DNA from: a virus | Taxonomy: Duplodnaviria > Caudoviricetes | Strand: one strand, 5' to 3' | DNA length: 33,948 nt | Virus record (IMG/VR): IMGVR_UViG_3300027021_000015 | Span: 1-33,948 of that record | Shown here: positions 10,326 through 19,761 of the stretch, piece by piece | Layout of the letters: each line of letters begins with the position of its first letter | Numbering within the stretch: position 1 is the first letter of the stretch | The notes under the pieces: generated by a model | What the model saw: only the letters and a program-made list of their open reading frames with translations | Told to the model about the DNA's origin: nothing | Databases searched by the model: none | Program-made: the position numbers and the translations under genes

Positions 10326-10754
10326 TCATCCTTCCATTTCTAAATTTTCCATTGGTGTGGTTATTGTCTCTTGATTCATTTCATTGATTTTGATTTCAAA
10401 TTGACAGATTAGGAATTTTCCTTGACCATCATTTTGGTTTTCATCAATATCTAACTCATCAATCATAATGTTATAGCCTTTCACTATTAGTTCTTCTGAA
10501 AATAGGTCTTCAAATGTATTACGCATATTTAATAGTTCAATTTGATTCTCTCTTTTGTTCGAGGGAAAATAGTGGATATAACAGTTAAATCTTATGTCTT
10601 TGCCAATTTGCATGAACGGTTTTGTTCCGATGTTATCGAATTGTACAAAAAAAGAAGGCCTTTTCATGCCTTCTATGACGTCTGTCGAAATTGAAATATC
10701 ATCAACGGTTCCTAGTTTATTATTAATTTCTAGCATTATATCTGAGTACTTCAT
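10326..10754 (-). CDS. Tail terminator protein
   Basis: EGMKRPSFFV and IHYFPS motifs; directly upstream of sheath. Confidence 0.75.
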   Translation of the reverse strand: MKYSDIMLEINNKLGTVDDISISTDVIEGMKRPSFFVQFDNIGTKPFMQIGKDIRFNCYIHYFPSNKRENQIELLNMRNTFEDLFSEELIVKGYNIMIDELDIDENQNDGQGKFLICQFEIKINEMNQETITTPMENLEMEG

Positions 10755-10763
10755 TTTCGCCTC

Positions 10764-11210
10764 CTATAAATTATGTTTGTCGAGTAATTTATCAACAAAT
10801 TTTTCTGTATCTTGATAAAAATCACTTTCAAAGTTTTTGGCCGCTTTATCCATGAAGTGATAGCCTGGTACAAATGTGACTGCTCCATCTTTGTTTTTTC
10901 CGCCTTTATGAAAATGTCCTTGGTCCAATAAGTGACCTAGTGGATGGGAGCTGTAGGCTCTACAATTTAAATCTCCATCTTTTTTAAAGGGTTTACCCGG
11001 TTTAAATGACTTCTTGATTTCGCTGTTGAGTAATTGGTCTTCAACAACGGCATTCGCCTTTGTGAACTCCGTTTTTTTCTCTTTGGCGAGTTTTTTAGCT
11101 TCATTTTTTATGAATTTGCCTGTTTCTGTTTTTTTTGTTTTGATTGCAAGATCTAATAAATCTTTAGCCAGTTCATCTAGCTCATGAGATTCAATGTCCA
11201 TGCTTATCAC
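10764..11210 (-). CDS. HK97 gp10-like neck/tail completion protein
   Basis: HLLDQGH and FVPGYHFMDKA motifs. Confidence 0.8.
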   Translation of the reverse strand: MISMDIESHELDELAKDLLDLAIKTKKTETGKFIKNEAKKLAKEKKTEFTKANAVVEDQLLNSEIKKSFKPGKPFKKDGDLNCRAYSSHPLGHLLDQGHFHKGGKNKDGAVTFVPGYHFMDKAAKNFESDFYQDTEKFVDKLLDKHNL

Positions 11211-11533
11211 TCCTCAATAACGTTGCAAAAAGCATCGATGTATTCATTATTTTGGTAGTCTGGCAAGATATACTTGATTTCAAAGCGAGTATTTTCCTTT
11301 TTAAACCAGTTTTTATCGTTTAGCGACGGATAGGCGCTTTTTCGAATACGAATTTTAAATTGCGTCTCTGAATATTTTGTATTCGCCGCTCCATCATTAA
11401 AGTTTCCACTTCGAGGCTTAATGCTCGCCCATACTTTTTTAATGATTCCATCTTTATATGTCCAGGCATTTACCTCATTTTTTTCTTCAACCGGCCCACC
11501 AATTTCAATTCGTTGGTTTAACTGCTCTGTCAT
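11207..11533 (-). CDS. Head closure protein (SPP1 gp16-like)
   Basis: LNQRIEI, VWASIKP and IRIR motifs. Confidence 0.85.
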   Translation of the reverse strand: MTEQLNQRIEIGGPVEEKNEVNAWTYKDGIIKKVWASIKPRSGNFNDGAANTKYSETQFKIRIRKSAYPSLNDKNWFKKENTRFEIKYILPDYQNNEYIDAFCNVIEE

Positions 11534-11835
11534 TCTTCCACCTCATAACTATATGTCAGCTGCATCATGAAGCTTTGCATAATGAAATTCACTTTTTCTT
11601 CTTTGATGGTGTATGTTCTTTTGTCATACATTTGCTGCACAAGAAGAAACATTGGAATTTTCGCCTGCTCTACAAAGTCAGGGTCTAGTTTCTTGATTTC
11701 ATAGTCATCTACGGCTTTTTTTATGTATATTTCTGCACTTTTTATGCATCCTTCTATAAATTGAAGTACTTCTGGCTCGTTACTGTCTTCTCTTAGAAAT
11801 GCTTTAGTTTCTTCGACTTGAAGCATATGCCTCAC
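11530..11835 (-). CDS. Head-tail connector (HK97 gp6 / SPP1 gp15-like)
   Basis: EETKAFLRED, AEIYI and LLVQQMYDKR motifs. Confidence 0.85.
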   Translation of the reverse strand: MRHMLQVEETKAFLREDSNEPEVLQFIEGCIKSAEIYIKKAVDDYEIKKLDPDFVEQAKIPMFLLVQQMYDKRTYTIKEEKVNFIMQSFMMQLTYSYEVEE

Positions 11836-12027
11836 CTACTTCTTTTCTTTTGCTGTTTTTTTGTCTGCCATTTCGGCTTTTTGATCCTGAACATCGGTTA
11901 CTTCTTCGACAAACCCTACTTTTAGTAGCTTATTTGCGACTGCTGGACTTAAGTTTCGCTCTTCGCCTTTTTTGAAATTCTTATACCCATCTCCGGTGCA
12001 ATCAAATTTCGCTCGTACTTTTTTCAT
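11836..12027 (-). CDS. Small hypothetical protein after major capsid
   Basis: 63 aa with RBS; KKGEE...ANKLLKVGFVE pattern common at this position. Confidence 0.7.
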   Translation of the reverse strand: MKKVRAKFDCTGDGYKNFKKGEERNLSPAVANKLLKVGFVEEVTDVQDQKAEMADKKTAKEKK

Positions 12028-12043
12028 TTAATCACCACTTTCT

Positions 12044-12069
12044 AAAAGATTACGCCCCCTGAGGGGCGT
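12044..12069 (-). terminator. Probable (leaky) terminator after major capsid gene
   Basis: Minus strand ACGCCCC-TCAG-GGGGCGT followed by AATCTTTT. Confidence 0.6.
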
Positions 12070-12073
12070 GTTA

Positions 12074-13213
12074 TTATGCACCTAAGTTAATCCTTCCGTA
12101 AACAATGTCTCTTGCTAATTCATCGACTGTATCACATAGTAATTGAACATCTTCACGCTCGATTGCTCGCATCAAGATTTTGTCTTTGTCAAATGCATCA
12201 GAACCCACATCAGTAATCCTCACGCGTACTTCTTCTCTGTCAAATAATACAACATTGTCCATATCTCCGATGATAACTGGGGCAAAATCATTTACTCCGT
12301 CGTTGTGGTTTGGTAAGATTTCATCATCGTACACGTCAACCTTTTTGCCTTTAAGCAAATAACGGTCTGCGTCTTTTGGGTCTGGTTGTAAAATAGGTTT
12401 TCCATCAGCGTCTTTTAATTGATCTAGCCAGTTATATCCCGATTGATTGGTGATAACCGTTGAAAATCGTAATGATGCTTTGCGTAGCGTCTTGTTTAAG
12501 ACTGTTTTGATGTCATCTAAGCCTGTAATTGCAGTTTTAGGCAATAGGTCTAAAGCGCCTAGAATTAAGTTATTTCGGTTGCATCTTGAATCATTTCCAA
12601 TCCATTCATTCATGATAGAAATGACGTTTTCATCCGAGTCTGAGAACTCTTCGTCTGTAATATCATAGATTGCGGCATACTTCTTCGCGCTGTATTCCAT
12701 TTTATAGAATTTCGGTGTGCCTCCTGTAGTAATTGGGTCCCCTTCACCCACTTGTGTAAAGTTCGTTCCGTTACCGTGGCGTTTTTGTACCGTTTTTTTA
12801 CCTTCTGGTTTCGTAATCTTTACAACGCGAACGATGTTTTGGAGAGCATCATTTGCTTCGCGTAAATTAATAACAGATGTATCATCAACTACTGTTACTA
12901 AATGTCCACCGTCTGCTCCAGCGCCAGATTGCAATGTATTTTGTACGTCCATTCCGACTTTACCTTTGCTTCTAACGAATTCCGCAAGTGCTTTGTTATA
13001 CATTTCTTGCTTTGTAGCTTTTTCCGGTTTTGCTGGCGCTGATTTCTCTGCATTTTCTCGCGCTTCCGCTTCTGCCATCTCTGCAATTCTTAATTCTGCG
13101 TTCAATGTTTCTAACTGATCCGCAACCGCATTGATTTCATCGGCGGTCTTAAGATTTTGTGCCTCACCTTTGAGTCTTTTGATTTCGTCTTTGATTTCTT
13201 TTACTGTTTTCAT
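12074..13213 (-). CDS. Major capsid protein, HK97 fold
   Basis: Coiled-coil delta domain, DGGHLV motif, NQSGYNWLDQLKDADGKPILQP. Confidence 0.95.
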   Translation of the reverse strand: MKTVKEIKDEIKRLKGEAQNLKTADEINAVADQLETLNAELRIAEMAEAEARENAEKSAPAKPEKATKQEMYNKALAEFVRSKGKVGMDVQNTLQSGAGADGGHLVTVVDDTSVINLREANDALQNIVRVVKITKPEGKKTVQKRHGNGTNFTQVGEGDPITTGGTPKFYKMEYSAKKYAAIYDITDEEFSDSDENVISIMNEWIGNDSRCNRNNLILGALDLLPKTAITGLDDIKTVLNKTLRKASLRFSTVITNQSGYNWLDQLKDADGKPILQPDPKDADRYLLKGKKVDVYDDEILPNHNDGVNDFAPVIIGDMDNVVLFDREEVRVRITDVGSDAFDKDKILMRAIEREDVQLLCDTVDELARDIVYGRINLGA

Positions 13214-13226
13214 GTATTGCCTCCTC

Positions 13227-13913
13227 TTATAGACTTAATAGCCTTAGTCTTGCTTTTGCTTGTGCAAGTTCTTCTTGGTTTTTGGTTTCTTCTTGGTTTT
13301 CATCTACTTTTTGTTCGAGAATTTTGTTTTTGATTTTGTTGATTAATTCTTCTGGAATCATATAGCCGTTATAGGCAACCGCTTCTAATTCCTCTTTAAA
13401 CATAATTTCATCTGCAAACCCTAACTCAACCGCCTGTTCAGCGTTCATAAACGTTGTTTCATCCAACAATTTGATTAGATCCTCTTTTTTCATCTTTGTT
13501 TTCATGAGATAGGCATTCATGAGCCCTTCATCTGTTATGTCAAGCATGTTTGCATTCCAACGCATATAATTTTTGTCTCCCTTTGCTTCGTTCCATGCGT
13601 TATGAACCATCATTTGCGCTGTCGGACTTATGAAAACGACGTTTAAAGCCATGGCTACTAAACTTGCTGCACTTGCTGCCATTCCAACAATTTTTCCTGT
13701 TGTTTTGCCTTTATATTCTTTTAATGCTGTGTATATTTCCGAGCCAGCATATACACTTCCACCCGGACTATTAATATGCACTTCTATTTCCTGTCCGTTC
13801 GCTTCTTCTAAAAATCTTTCCACCATCTTTGGTGATGTATGTTCGATTTCTAGATATTCATAAATCCATGTTTGGGAATTTGGGACAATCGTACCTTTAA
13901 TATTTAATTTCAC
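13227..13913 (-). CDS. ClpP-type prohead maturation protease
   Basis: INSPGGSV, GMAASAAS (catalytic Ser), MMVHN, AVELGFADEI. Confidence 0.95.
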   Translation of the reverse strand: MKLNIKGTIVPNSQTWIYEYLEIEHTSPKMVERFLEEANGQEIEVHINSPGGSVYAGSEIYTALKEYKGKTTGKIVGMAASAASLVAMALNVVFISPTAQMMVHNAWNEAKGDKNYMRWNANMLDITDEGLMNAYLMKTKMKKEDLIKLLDETTFMNAEQAVELGFADEIMFKEELEAVAYNGYMIPEELINKIKNKILEQKVDENQEETKNQEELAQAKARLRLLSL

Positions 13914-15188
13914 CTATTTCACCCCCTTGTAATTTTGTCCTTTGCCTGCATTATCAATGCTGATTAAGTTTCCATTTCCATATAATTTGTCTGCACTTGG
14001 ATCCGCCCAGTGGCTCAAGCCGACTTTTTCCCTCGCTTCATTTGGCGATACAATAAAGTTATTCACTCCTTTCGCCATAATCTCCATTTGAGTCTTTTTA
14101 TCTAACTCAAAAAGTGCCTCTTTATCGATTTCGAGGCACTCATTTCCTTCTTTTTGCTTTCTTGTAAGAGCTTTTCGAGTTGTTTCGTCGTTGTACATCT
14201 TAAAGATTGGCTGTAGGCTATTGACGTAGAAGTCAAGTTGCTGTGTTTCTGAATTTGAATGGCTTGATTTTGAATAATCATTGATGATATTGGGTTTGAT
14301 TCCAAAACATGCGGCGAGTTGAAGACCGTTTAACTTGTTTAGATCAACAAACTCTGCATCTGCCAGCTTCATGTCCATGAGTTTTGCATCGATGGCCGAT
14401 GGCAAAGGAATAAACTTCCCACTTCCAATTGAATTGGCGTATCTTTCTGTGTTTTTTATCAAAACATCCTTTGCCTTATTGTTCATGTCTCCGGTGTAGT
14501 TTAATAAAACTTTTCCCCCGAACATATTTGATGCAAAGAGCTTATTTTGATATTCTTCGCTCTTTTTAAGGCTTTCAATTTGCAATGTTAAAATGTCCTT
14601 AGTTGCAAGACCTGTTATTCCATCCAGGCTAATATGTGTTTTGTAATGGAGTATTTCATAGCTGGCAAAGGCAAAGCGTTTTCCGCTTCTTCCGTCATTC
14701 CATACATACCAGATCACGTTTTGCCCTTTGCTTCTCGCTCTTCCGTTTTCTAGCTTGTCAAAAACACCTTCATCATCGATGTAAACTTGAACTTCGTGGC
14801 TTGGAAGTATCCACAAAGCTTTTTGTCCTGTTGCCGTTTCCTCGTTATATACGAAGCTGTTGCCCGTATGTAGGCGATTTAGTTCGACGGAAGCCCATAA
14901 TGTTGAGGCTGTATATAAAGGATTGGGTTCCAAGTTGAGGACATTCATCCATTCCGACTCAAAGATGCGCTCCCTGCCTTTGTCTTTCGTCGTTTGATAA
15001 TGATATCTGTTTAACTTGGACATCGTTTGTGCCAGGTGATTTAGTGCAATAAAATAGATTGTCTCTCCAAATTCTGGATCACCGAGGGTCCCCCCTGTGA
15101 TTCCGATTAGGTTTAACAATCTTTCATCATTTGCAGTCCATATGGTTTGATTTTTCGGTTGAAAAAATCTATTTTGCATGAATCCCAT
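13914..15188 (-). CDS. Portal protein, HK97 family
   Basis: LNLEPNP, EILHYK..SLDGITG, FGIKP, NSETQQLDFY, SPNEARE motifs. Confidence 0.95.
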   Translation of the reverse strand: MGFMQNRFFQPKNQTIWTANDERLLNLIGITGGTLGDPEFGETIYFIALNHLAQTMSKLNRYHYQTTKDKGRERIFESEWMNVLNLEPNPLYTASTLWASVELNRLHTGNSFVYNEETATGQKALWILPSHEVQVYIDDEGVFDKLENGRARSKGQNVIWYVWNDGRSGKRFAFASYEILHYKTHISLDGITGLATKDILTLQIESLKKSEEYQNKLFASNMFGGKVLLNYTGDMNNKAKDVLIKNTERYANSIGSGKFIPLPSAIDAKLMDMKLADAEFVDLNKLNGLQLAACFGIKPNIINDYSKSSHSNSETQQLDFYVNSLQPIFKMYNDETTRKALTRKQKEGNECLEIDKEALFELDKKTQMEIMAKGVNNFIVSPNEAREKVGLSHWADPSADKLYGNGNLISIDNAGKGQNYKGVK

Positions 15189-15191
15189 GTG

Positions 15192-15380
15192 TTAATCACC
15201 CCCTTTGGGTTTGAGTAGGATAAAGCTGACAATAATCAGCGCTATCCCAACGATGTAGATCCCGGCAATAATGTGTATTAAAAAAGTCGCCAAACTAATG
15301 AGCGACATTCCGAATAAGAATAATATTTCTACGAGATTATCTTTTATGAATTTTCCAAGTTCTTTGACTTTCTTTTTCAT
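15192..15380 (-). CDS. Small membrane protein between terminase and portal
   Basis: 62 aa with two hydrophobic helices and GGAGG RBS. Confidence 0.75.
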   Translation of the reverse strand: MKKKVKELGKFIKDNLVEILFLFGMSLISLATFLIHIIAGIYIVGIALIIVSFILLKPKGGD

Positions 15381-15388
15381 GTTGCCTC

Positions 15389-17092
15389 CTACGAGTAAAA
15401 CTCATCTATGTATTCTTCTGTGAGTTCCGGCTCTTTTGTTTCAATTTTCATGCTAAATTTATGACAATTTACCCATGCTGCTATCGGGTCAATGCGTTTG
15501 AAACGGCTATTTTTATCAAGCATGATTTTCCCTTGCAATGGCTTTGTTGTCTCAGCATTATTCATTGCCCAAACTAAAAGCTCATCCTCTTCATTGTATT
15601 CAATGTTTCCCGCTTCTGTTTCATACTTGATATCCATAGTCGAATCATTAAGGGATTTACTGTTTTGCCAAATCTCCATACAATCGGCAATCTCTTCCAA
15701 ATCAGCCAAGAATGCTGATGCATTTGCCGGATCATAGTAAATCATATCCACTTCAAGTTCATATTCAGCAATTATATGTTTTATATATTTCAATACGGCT
15801 TGATAATCGGTTTTAATTCCACCACCACGGGTTGTTTTTGTGAGTAATCCTTTGCTAATCCAAAGATTATATGGCGCGTTGTCTGTCTGTTCATGTTCTT
15901 CTATTCGAAGTTCGGGTATAAAGGAGTGTTGATGCACGAAATATTTTCTCTCATTGTCTTCTGACCAAATAAACTCAAATGCAATACTTGTTAAATCTCC
16001 ACCAGAAGATAAGTCCATACCGATGTTACAATTCCAACCTCTAAAGTATTCAAGCGTTTTTTGGCTTTTGCAAAGCTCAAATGCTTTCATAGACATATAT
16101 TTTGTCTCTGTGAATTCAACCCACATATTCAATTGCTTGGTTAAGAAGTCATTCCAATCTTTTCCCCCCATGGCTTTAGCTGATTTATATACCGGTATTA
16201 GATTTTGTAATGCTTCTCGATCATATTCTAAAATTGGATTTGCTTTTATCCAGTTTTCTGGATTATCCTTGTCATCACCTTTGTCCATTTCAGCAATGTA
16301 TATAAAGCGCGTGTCATTGTCCTCTTTTCCTTCAAGGACTTGCTTGTTGTACTTATACATCTTGTGGCAAGGGCCGTTGATGGTGAATCCTGCCGTTGTG
16401 ATGACAGAAATTAATGTTTGTTTCATTTTTTTCTGTCCACCCTCAAGGAGTTTGTACATTTGGTTATCCTTGTGGGCGTGATACTCATCAACGATTCCTA
16501 ATAAAGCCCTGAATCCATCGATAGACTTTGTATCTCTACCGAGGGCCTTTATAATTGTTCCAGTGGATTTGCAGACTATTTCAGATTTATATTCTTTAAC
16601 ATCGAAGTACTCACTTAACTCTTTGTCACCTTCGATGAACTTGGCCATTTCTTCCCAAACAATTTTTGCTTGATCATGTTTTGTGGCCACGCAGAATATT
16701 TTCCCTTTTTTATAATCCGTAAATTCTCCGATATAGGTTCCAAGGTCACCGTTCAAAAGCGATTTTCCGTTTTGTCTTCCGAGTTGGACGTAACTACTTC
16801 TAAATCTCCGGTAGTCACCTTCTTTGAGTTTCCATCCAATTAATGATCCTAGAATAAAATTCTGAAAAGGAAATAATGTTAATGGCTGCTCTTCTTCTCC
16901 TTCAATTAATGTTAAGGAATTCGAATATTCGATAATGTCATGCGCTGCATCTGGATCAAAATAATATCGATATACTGCTAATTTGCTTTTTTCTAAATCA
17001 TCTAAATGTCTCTTGCACGCTAGTTTGACCGAAAGCCCTGCGATATGTTTGCCATCTAAGACGTCTTGTGCATATTGGGTAACTTTATCCAT
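15389..17092 (-). CDS. terL: Terminase large subunit
   Basis: Walker A GRQNGKS, Walker B IVDEYH, ITTAG, GMDLS nuclease motif, RIDP. Confidence 0.97.
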   Translation of the reverse strand: MDKVTQYAQDVLDGKHIAGLSVKLACKRHLDDLEKSKLAVYRYYFDPDAAHDIIEYSNSLTLIEGEEEQPLTLFPFQNFILGSLIGWKLKEGDYRRFRSSYVQLGRQNGKSLLNGDLGTYIGEFTDYKKGKIFCVATKHDQAKIVWEEMAKFIEGDKELSEYFDVKEYKSEIVCKSTGTIIKALGRDTKSIDGFRALLGIVDEYHAHKDNQMYKLLEGGQKKMKQTLISVITTAGFTINGPCHKMYKYNKQVLEGKEDNDTRFIYIAEMDKGDDKDNPENWIKANPILEYDREALQNLIPVYKSAKAMGGKDWNDFLTKQLNMWVEFTETKYMSMKAFELCKSQKTLEYFRGWNCNIGMDLSSGGDLTSIAFEFIWSEDNERKYFVHQHSFIPELRIEEHEQTDNAPYNLWISKGLLTKTTRGGGIKTDYQAVLKYIKHIIAEYELEVDMIYYDPANASAFLADLEEIADCMEIWQNSKSLNDSTMDIKYETEAGNIEYNEEDELLVWAMNNAETTKPLQGKIMLDKNSRFKRIDPIAAWVNCHKFSMKIETKEPELTEEYIDEFYS

Positions 17093-17546
17093 TTTTAAAA
17101 CGGTTAAACTTATTCTCCGGCTCTTTTTCTTTTTCGGTCGGTACGGATACTTTCGTTCTCGAGACGATATTTAAGCAAAGTTTGTCTGACATCTTTTCCA
17201 TCATTCTGAATACTTTTCCTTGGTTATCAATCATGTCTGCATATCCCGGGTTTTTTATATCCATTGCTGTGGCTTCAACAGATATTTGTTTGTACTGATC
17301 TTCCAGCATGACATAATGTCCTAAGCTTTCCACATCAAGGTTCGTCATGATTTTTGCTTTCAGTAATTCAGATGCCAGGTACTTGAATCGATTTTTTTGC
17401 TTTCGAGATAAATGGACCGGTGGCTCAATCTTATCTGTCATCGGTTTAACTTCTTCTTTTTTTCTTTGTTCGATTTCGGCTTTGGTTTTGTGTGCCCGAT
17501 TTCCTTTTGCCATGATTAAATCGATTGGCTCTTTGTTCCTTCCCAT
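17085..17546 (-). CDS. terS: Terminase small subunit, P27 family (start revised to MGRNKEP)
   Basis: AGGAGGTGA RBS at 17551-17559 before ATG at 17546; HKTKAEIEQRK, PPVHLS and LCLNIVSR motifs. Confidence 0.9.
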   Translation of the reverse strand: MGRNKEPIDLIMAKGNRAHKTKAEIEQRKKEEVKPMTDKIEPPVHLSRKQKNRFKYLASELLKAKIMTNLDVESLGHYVMLEDQYKQISVEATAMDIKNPGYADMIDNQGKVFRMMEKMSDKLCLNIVSRTKVSVPTEKEKEPENKFNRFKNG

Positions 17547-17559
17547 CCACTCACCTCCT

Positions 17560-17645
17560 GGAAAAAATAAAACGAGTTTTCGCGGGAAATCACTCCCCTC
17601 CACGTTGAAACGCAAACCCAAAAAAACTTTAAAAAGGCCCCTACC
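17560..17645 (-). other. Candidate cos (packaging) region
   Basis: Non-coding gap between HNH and terS with G-rich blocks (GGGTAGGGG, CGTGGAGGGG) and A/T tracts; position typical of HNH-assisted cos phages. Confidence 0.5.
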
Positions 17646-18084
17646 CTCTGTGACCGTGAGTTTGCTCCCATAAAGCAATAATTCGCCTTAATCTCTCTTG
17701 CATCTCATGTTTAGACTGCTTACTCTTGTTATACGCTCTATGTATCTTCTTATGGGTTTTATAGGATACATAAATCAAGTTGTCTAGCTCTAATGCGAGG
17801 GATTGATCATCGTCATACTCTACAATGTGGTGAGATAGATCTCCTGGTACTAATTTGTTATTTTCGTACAACTCAAAAATATCTAAGCCATTGAATTTAC
17901 TCTTACATTCAGCGGTCTTCTTTTTCCATTGCTTGCTATCATAGAAAGCTCTTTTTTTAGGGTCACGTTTGGAGTTGTAATATACATCATCTTTCTTCTT
18001 AGCGTTCGCTTTGCACTCGTTCAAACAATCTTTATCTGTGTATTGCATCCTAGTACCACATTTGGGGCACGCTTTATATAGCAT
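17641..18084 (-). CDS. Packaging-associated HNH endonuclease (HK97 gp74-like; start revised to MLYKACPKC)
   Basis: FYDSKQW, HHIVE, NLIYVS..THKKIH; AAGGTGG RBS before ATG at 18084. Confidence 0.88.
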   Translation of the reverse strand: MLYKACPKCGTRMQYTDKDCLNECKANAKKKDDVYYNSKRDPKKRAFYDSKQWKKKTAECKSKFNGLDIFELYENNKLVPGDLSHHIVEYDDDQSLALELDNLIYVSYKTHKKIHRAYNKSKQSKHEMQERLRRIIALWEQTHGHRG

Positions 18085-18111
18085 AAGTATAACCACCTTA
18101 ATTTTGCGCAT

Positions 18112-18136
18112 AAAAAGAGCCGGGTTTCCCCAGCTC
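18112..18136 (-). terminator. Intrinsic terminator-like hairpin upstream of late operon
   Basis: GAGCTGGG-GAAA-CCCGGCTC-TTTTT. Confidence 0.7.
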
Positions 18137-18154
18137 GTATACTTTCACACTACT

Positions 18155-18188
18155 ATTGTACCATCAAAAACATCCGATAATATACGGA
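18155..18188 (-). promoter_or_regulatory. Putative late promoter (extended -10) with activator site
   Basis: TGgTACAAT at 18155-18163, no consensus -35, TCCG..CGGA inverted repeat at 18173-18188 just after the activator gene. Confidence 0.5.
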
Positions 18189-18191
18189 CTT

Positions 18192-18626
18192 TTATTTTTT
18201 CTTGTATTTTTTGTTTATTTTTCTAATCGCTTTGCTATATAGTTCTTGCGCTCTGCTCATAGAGTATCTCGTTGTAATGCAGACAAGCTGCCAACGCATA
18301 TTTTTCAGCGCTCTGTATATAACCACTTCTCTTTCATTTGATTCAAGCATGTCTAACCATTCATTAATCTCTTTTTCCTGCTCATAATACTTTTGCAAAC
18401 GATCATTCCATGACTGCAGGTTAACAAGTTCTAATTCTATACGTTCCGCTTTTGATTCGACGATAGATGATATTACTTTTGCCTTCGGCATATCACTGTA
18501 TTCTACAGCGCCTAATTCTCTTAATGATTCAATAGTATCATTAATCAATTCTATCTGTTGTCTAGCCTCTTCAATGTTGCGCTTGATCCAGTTGTAGTCT
18601 TTTAACTGTTTTTCGACTTCACTCAA
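18192..18626 (-). CDS. Late transcriptional activator, ArpU/RinA-like (sigma region-4-type HTH)
   Basis: LKDY, YSDMPK and LESNEREVV.YR...MRWQ.V...YS motifs; last gene before HNH/terminase. Confidence 0.8.
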   Translation of the reverse strand: MSEVEKQLKDYNWIKRNIEEARQQIELINDTIESLRELGAVEYSDMPKAKVISSIVESKAERIELELVNLQSWNDRLQKYYEQEKEINEWLDMLESNEREVVIYRALKNMRWQLVCITTRYSMSRAQELYSKAIRKINKKYKKK

Positions 18627-18826
18627 TTGTATGTCCTCCCTGTTTTTTTATCTTTTAATATTAGCCTATTAACTTGTTTTAGTCCGGCTAGTTTTAGTAT
18701 CGCCTTAATGATGTCTATTGTTAGCTTCACTCTATCATCGGTTACTGCCTCTTCTTGGGATACATGCTCTACCGCTTCATGTGCGGTTAAGTCTTTACAT
18801 CCGCTTCCGTTGTATTTACTCGACAA
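18623..18826 (-). CDS. Hypothetical phage protein
   Basis: 67 aa, TTG start with GAAAGGAG RBS; NGSGCKDLTAHEA and RLILKDKKTGR motifs. Confidence 0.75.
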   Translation of the reverse strand: MSSKYNGSGCKDLTAHEAVEHVSQEEAVTDDRVKLTIDIIKAILKLAGLKQVNRLILKDKKTGRTYN

Positions 18827-18884
18827 TCGCTTTGCTCCTTTCCAAACCTCTCTAGTAGTTCTTGTCCCTGTTCTGTGTCTATGC

Positions 18885-19115
18885 TTAGATAATCATTCCC
18901 TTTCGCTTTAAGTAAAATTGCCCTTTAAGGAAGTACTTAAGATAACAGTCTCCGCTTATTTTGCTAATTTTTGTCTGTTCATTTATCCTTTCTAATGTGC
19001 AGCCTTTTGAACGTTGAAAGTAAACCTCTTCATCGTTTTCAATGTGAATTGCCGCTTCTTCAAATGTTATTTCTATTAGGTCCATCTTCTCACCACCAAT
19101 CTGGATAATCTTCAT
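18885..19115 (-). CDS. Hypothetical protein (likely start MDLIEI)
   Basis: Co-oriented ORF in early operon. Confidence 0.6.
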   Translation of the reverse strand: MKIIQIGGEKMDLIEITFEEAAIHIENDEEVYFQRSKGCTLERINEQTKISKISGDCYLKYFLKGQFYLKRKGMII

Positions 19116-19311
19116 TTATGTATTTTGTTCCTTTTTTGACTATTGTTTTTCTTTTAAGGCATTTCTCGCAGAAGAATTGATCTTTACGTGTTAGCCCTCT
19201 ATTGTATCCATGCGTGAAGTGTTCTTCTTGCTTGTCCGTTTCCATGTGTACCCATTTATGTTCGTGTTCTGGCATCCGATTCCCTCTCTTTCTTATTTTA
19301 GCTTGGCTCAC
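19090..19311 (-). CDS. Hypothetical protein with HxHxW...CxxC zinc-binding pattern (likely start MPEHEH)
   Basis: HEHKW and FFCEKC motifs. Confidence 0.65.
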   Translation of the reverse strand: MSQAKIRKRGNRMPEHEHKWVHMETDKQEEHFTHGYNRGLTRKDQFFCEKCLKRKTIVKKGTKYINEDYPDWW

Positions 19312-19567
19312 TATTTAACAACATTTTCATTGCAGCTGTCGGTATCATATATGAAATCTTTTCATTCTCATCATTGTCTATTGTAATTAAGACTGAATCT
19401 CCACTGCTGTCGACTGCTCTTTGGATGAGCAATTTATCTCTTTCAAATTCTGTTTGGTTCTTGCAGATGATTCCGTCTGTTATGATTCTGCTTGTTTTTA
19501 TTTGCTTTTTCTTCTTGACCTCTTTCCAAACGTTTGAGTTGTATAGTCCTATTACTTTTCTTGGCAT
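19298..19567 (-). CDS. Hypothetical protein
   Basis: 89 aa with GGAGGT RBS. Confidence 0.65.
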   Translation of the reverse strand: MPRKVIGLYNSNVWKEVKKKKQIKTSRIITDGIICKNQTEFERDKLLIQRAVDSSGDSVLITIDNDENEKISYMIPTAAMKMLLNSEPS

Positions 19568-19584
19568 CTATTTACCTCCGCTTC

Positions 19585-19761
19585 TTATATTTCTTTTAGA
19601 CGTCTGGTGACACGTTCAGTTTCTGTATATATTAAATACCTAGGATAGTCTTTTCCTGTTCCTTTTATTTCAAAGATGGTATTGTTTGGGTTATTCCTTC
19701 TTGATTTCTCTAGCTCTTTTTTGCACCATCGCATGATTAAACATGTCAATAATTTATTCAT
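19585..19761 (-). CDS. Small hypothetical protein, 58 aa (not in ORF track)
   Basis: MNKLLTCLIMRW...RRLKEI; GGAGGTGA RBS; fills the gap between neighbours. Confidence 0.7.
   Translation of the reverse strand: MNKLLTCLIMRWCKKELEKSRRNNPNNTIFEIKGTGKDYPRYLIYTETERVTRRLKEI

Noticed and set aside
17547-17678. 44-aa N-terminal extension of TerS
   Set aside because: Overlaps the HNH gene and the cos-like region; the strong RBS supports ATG at 17546
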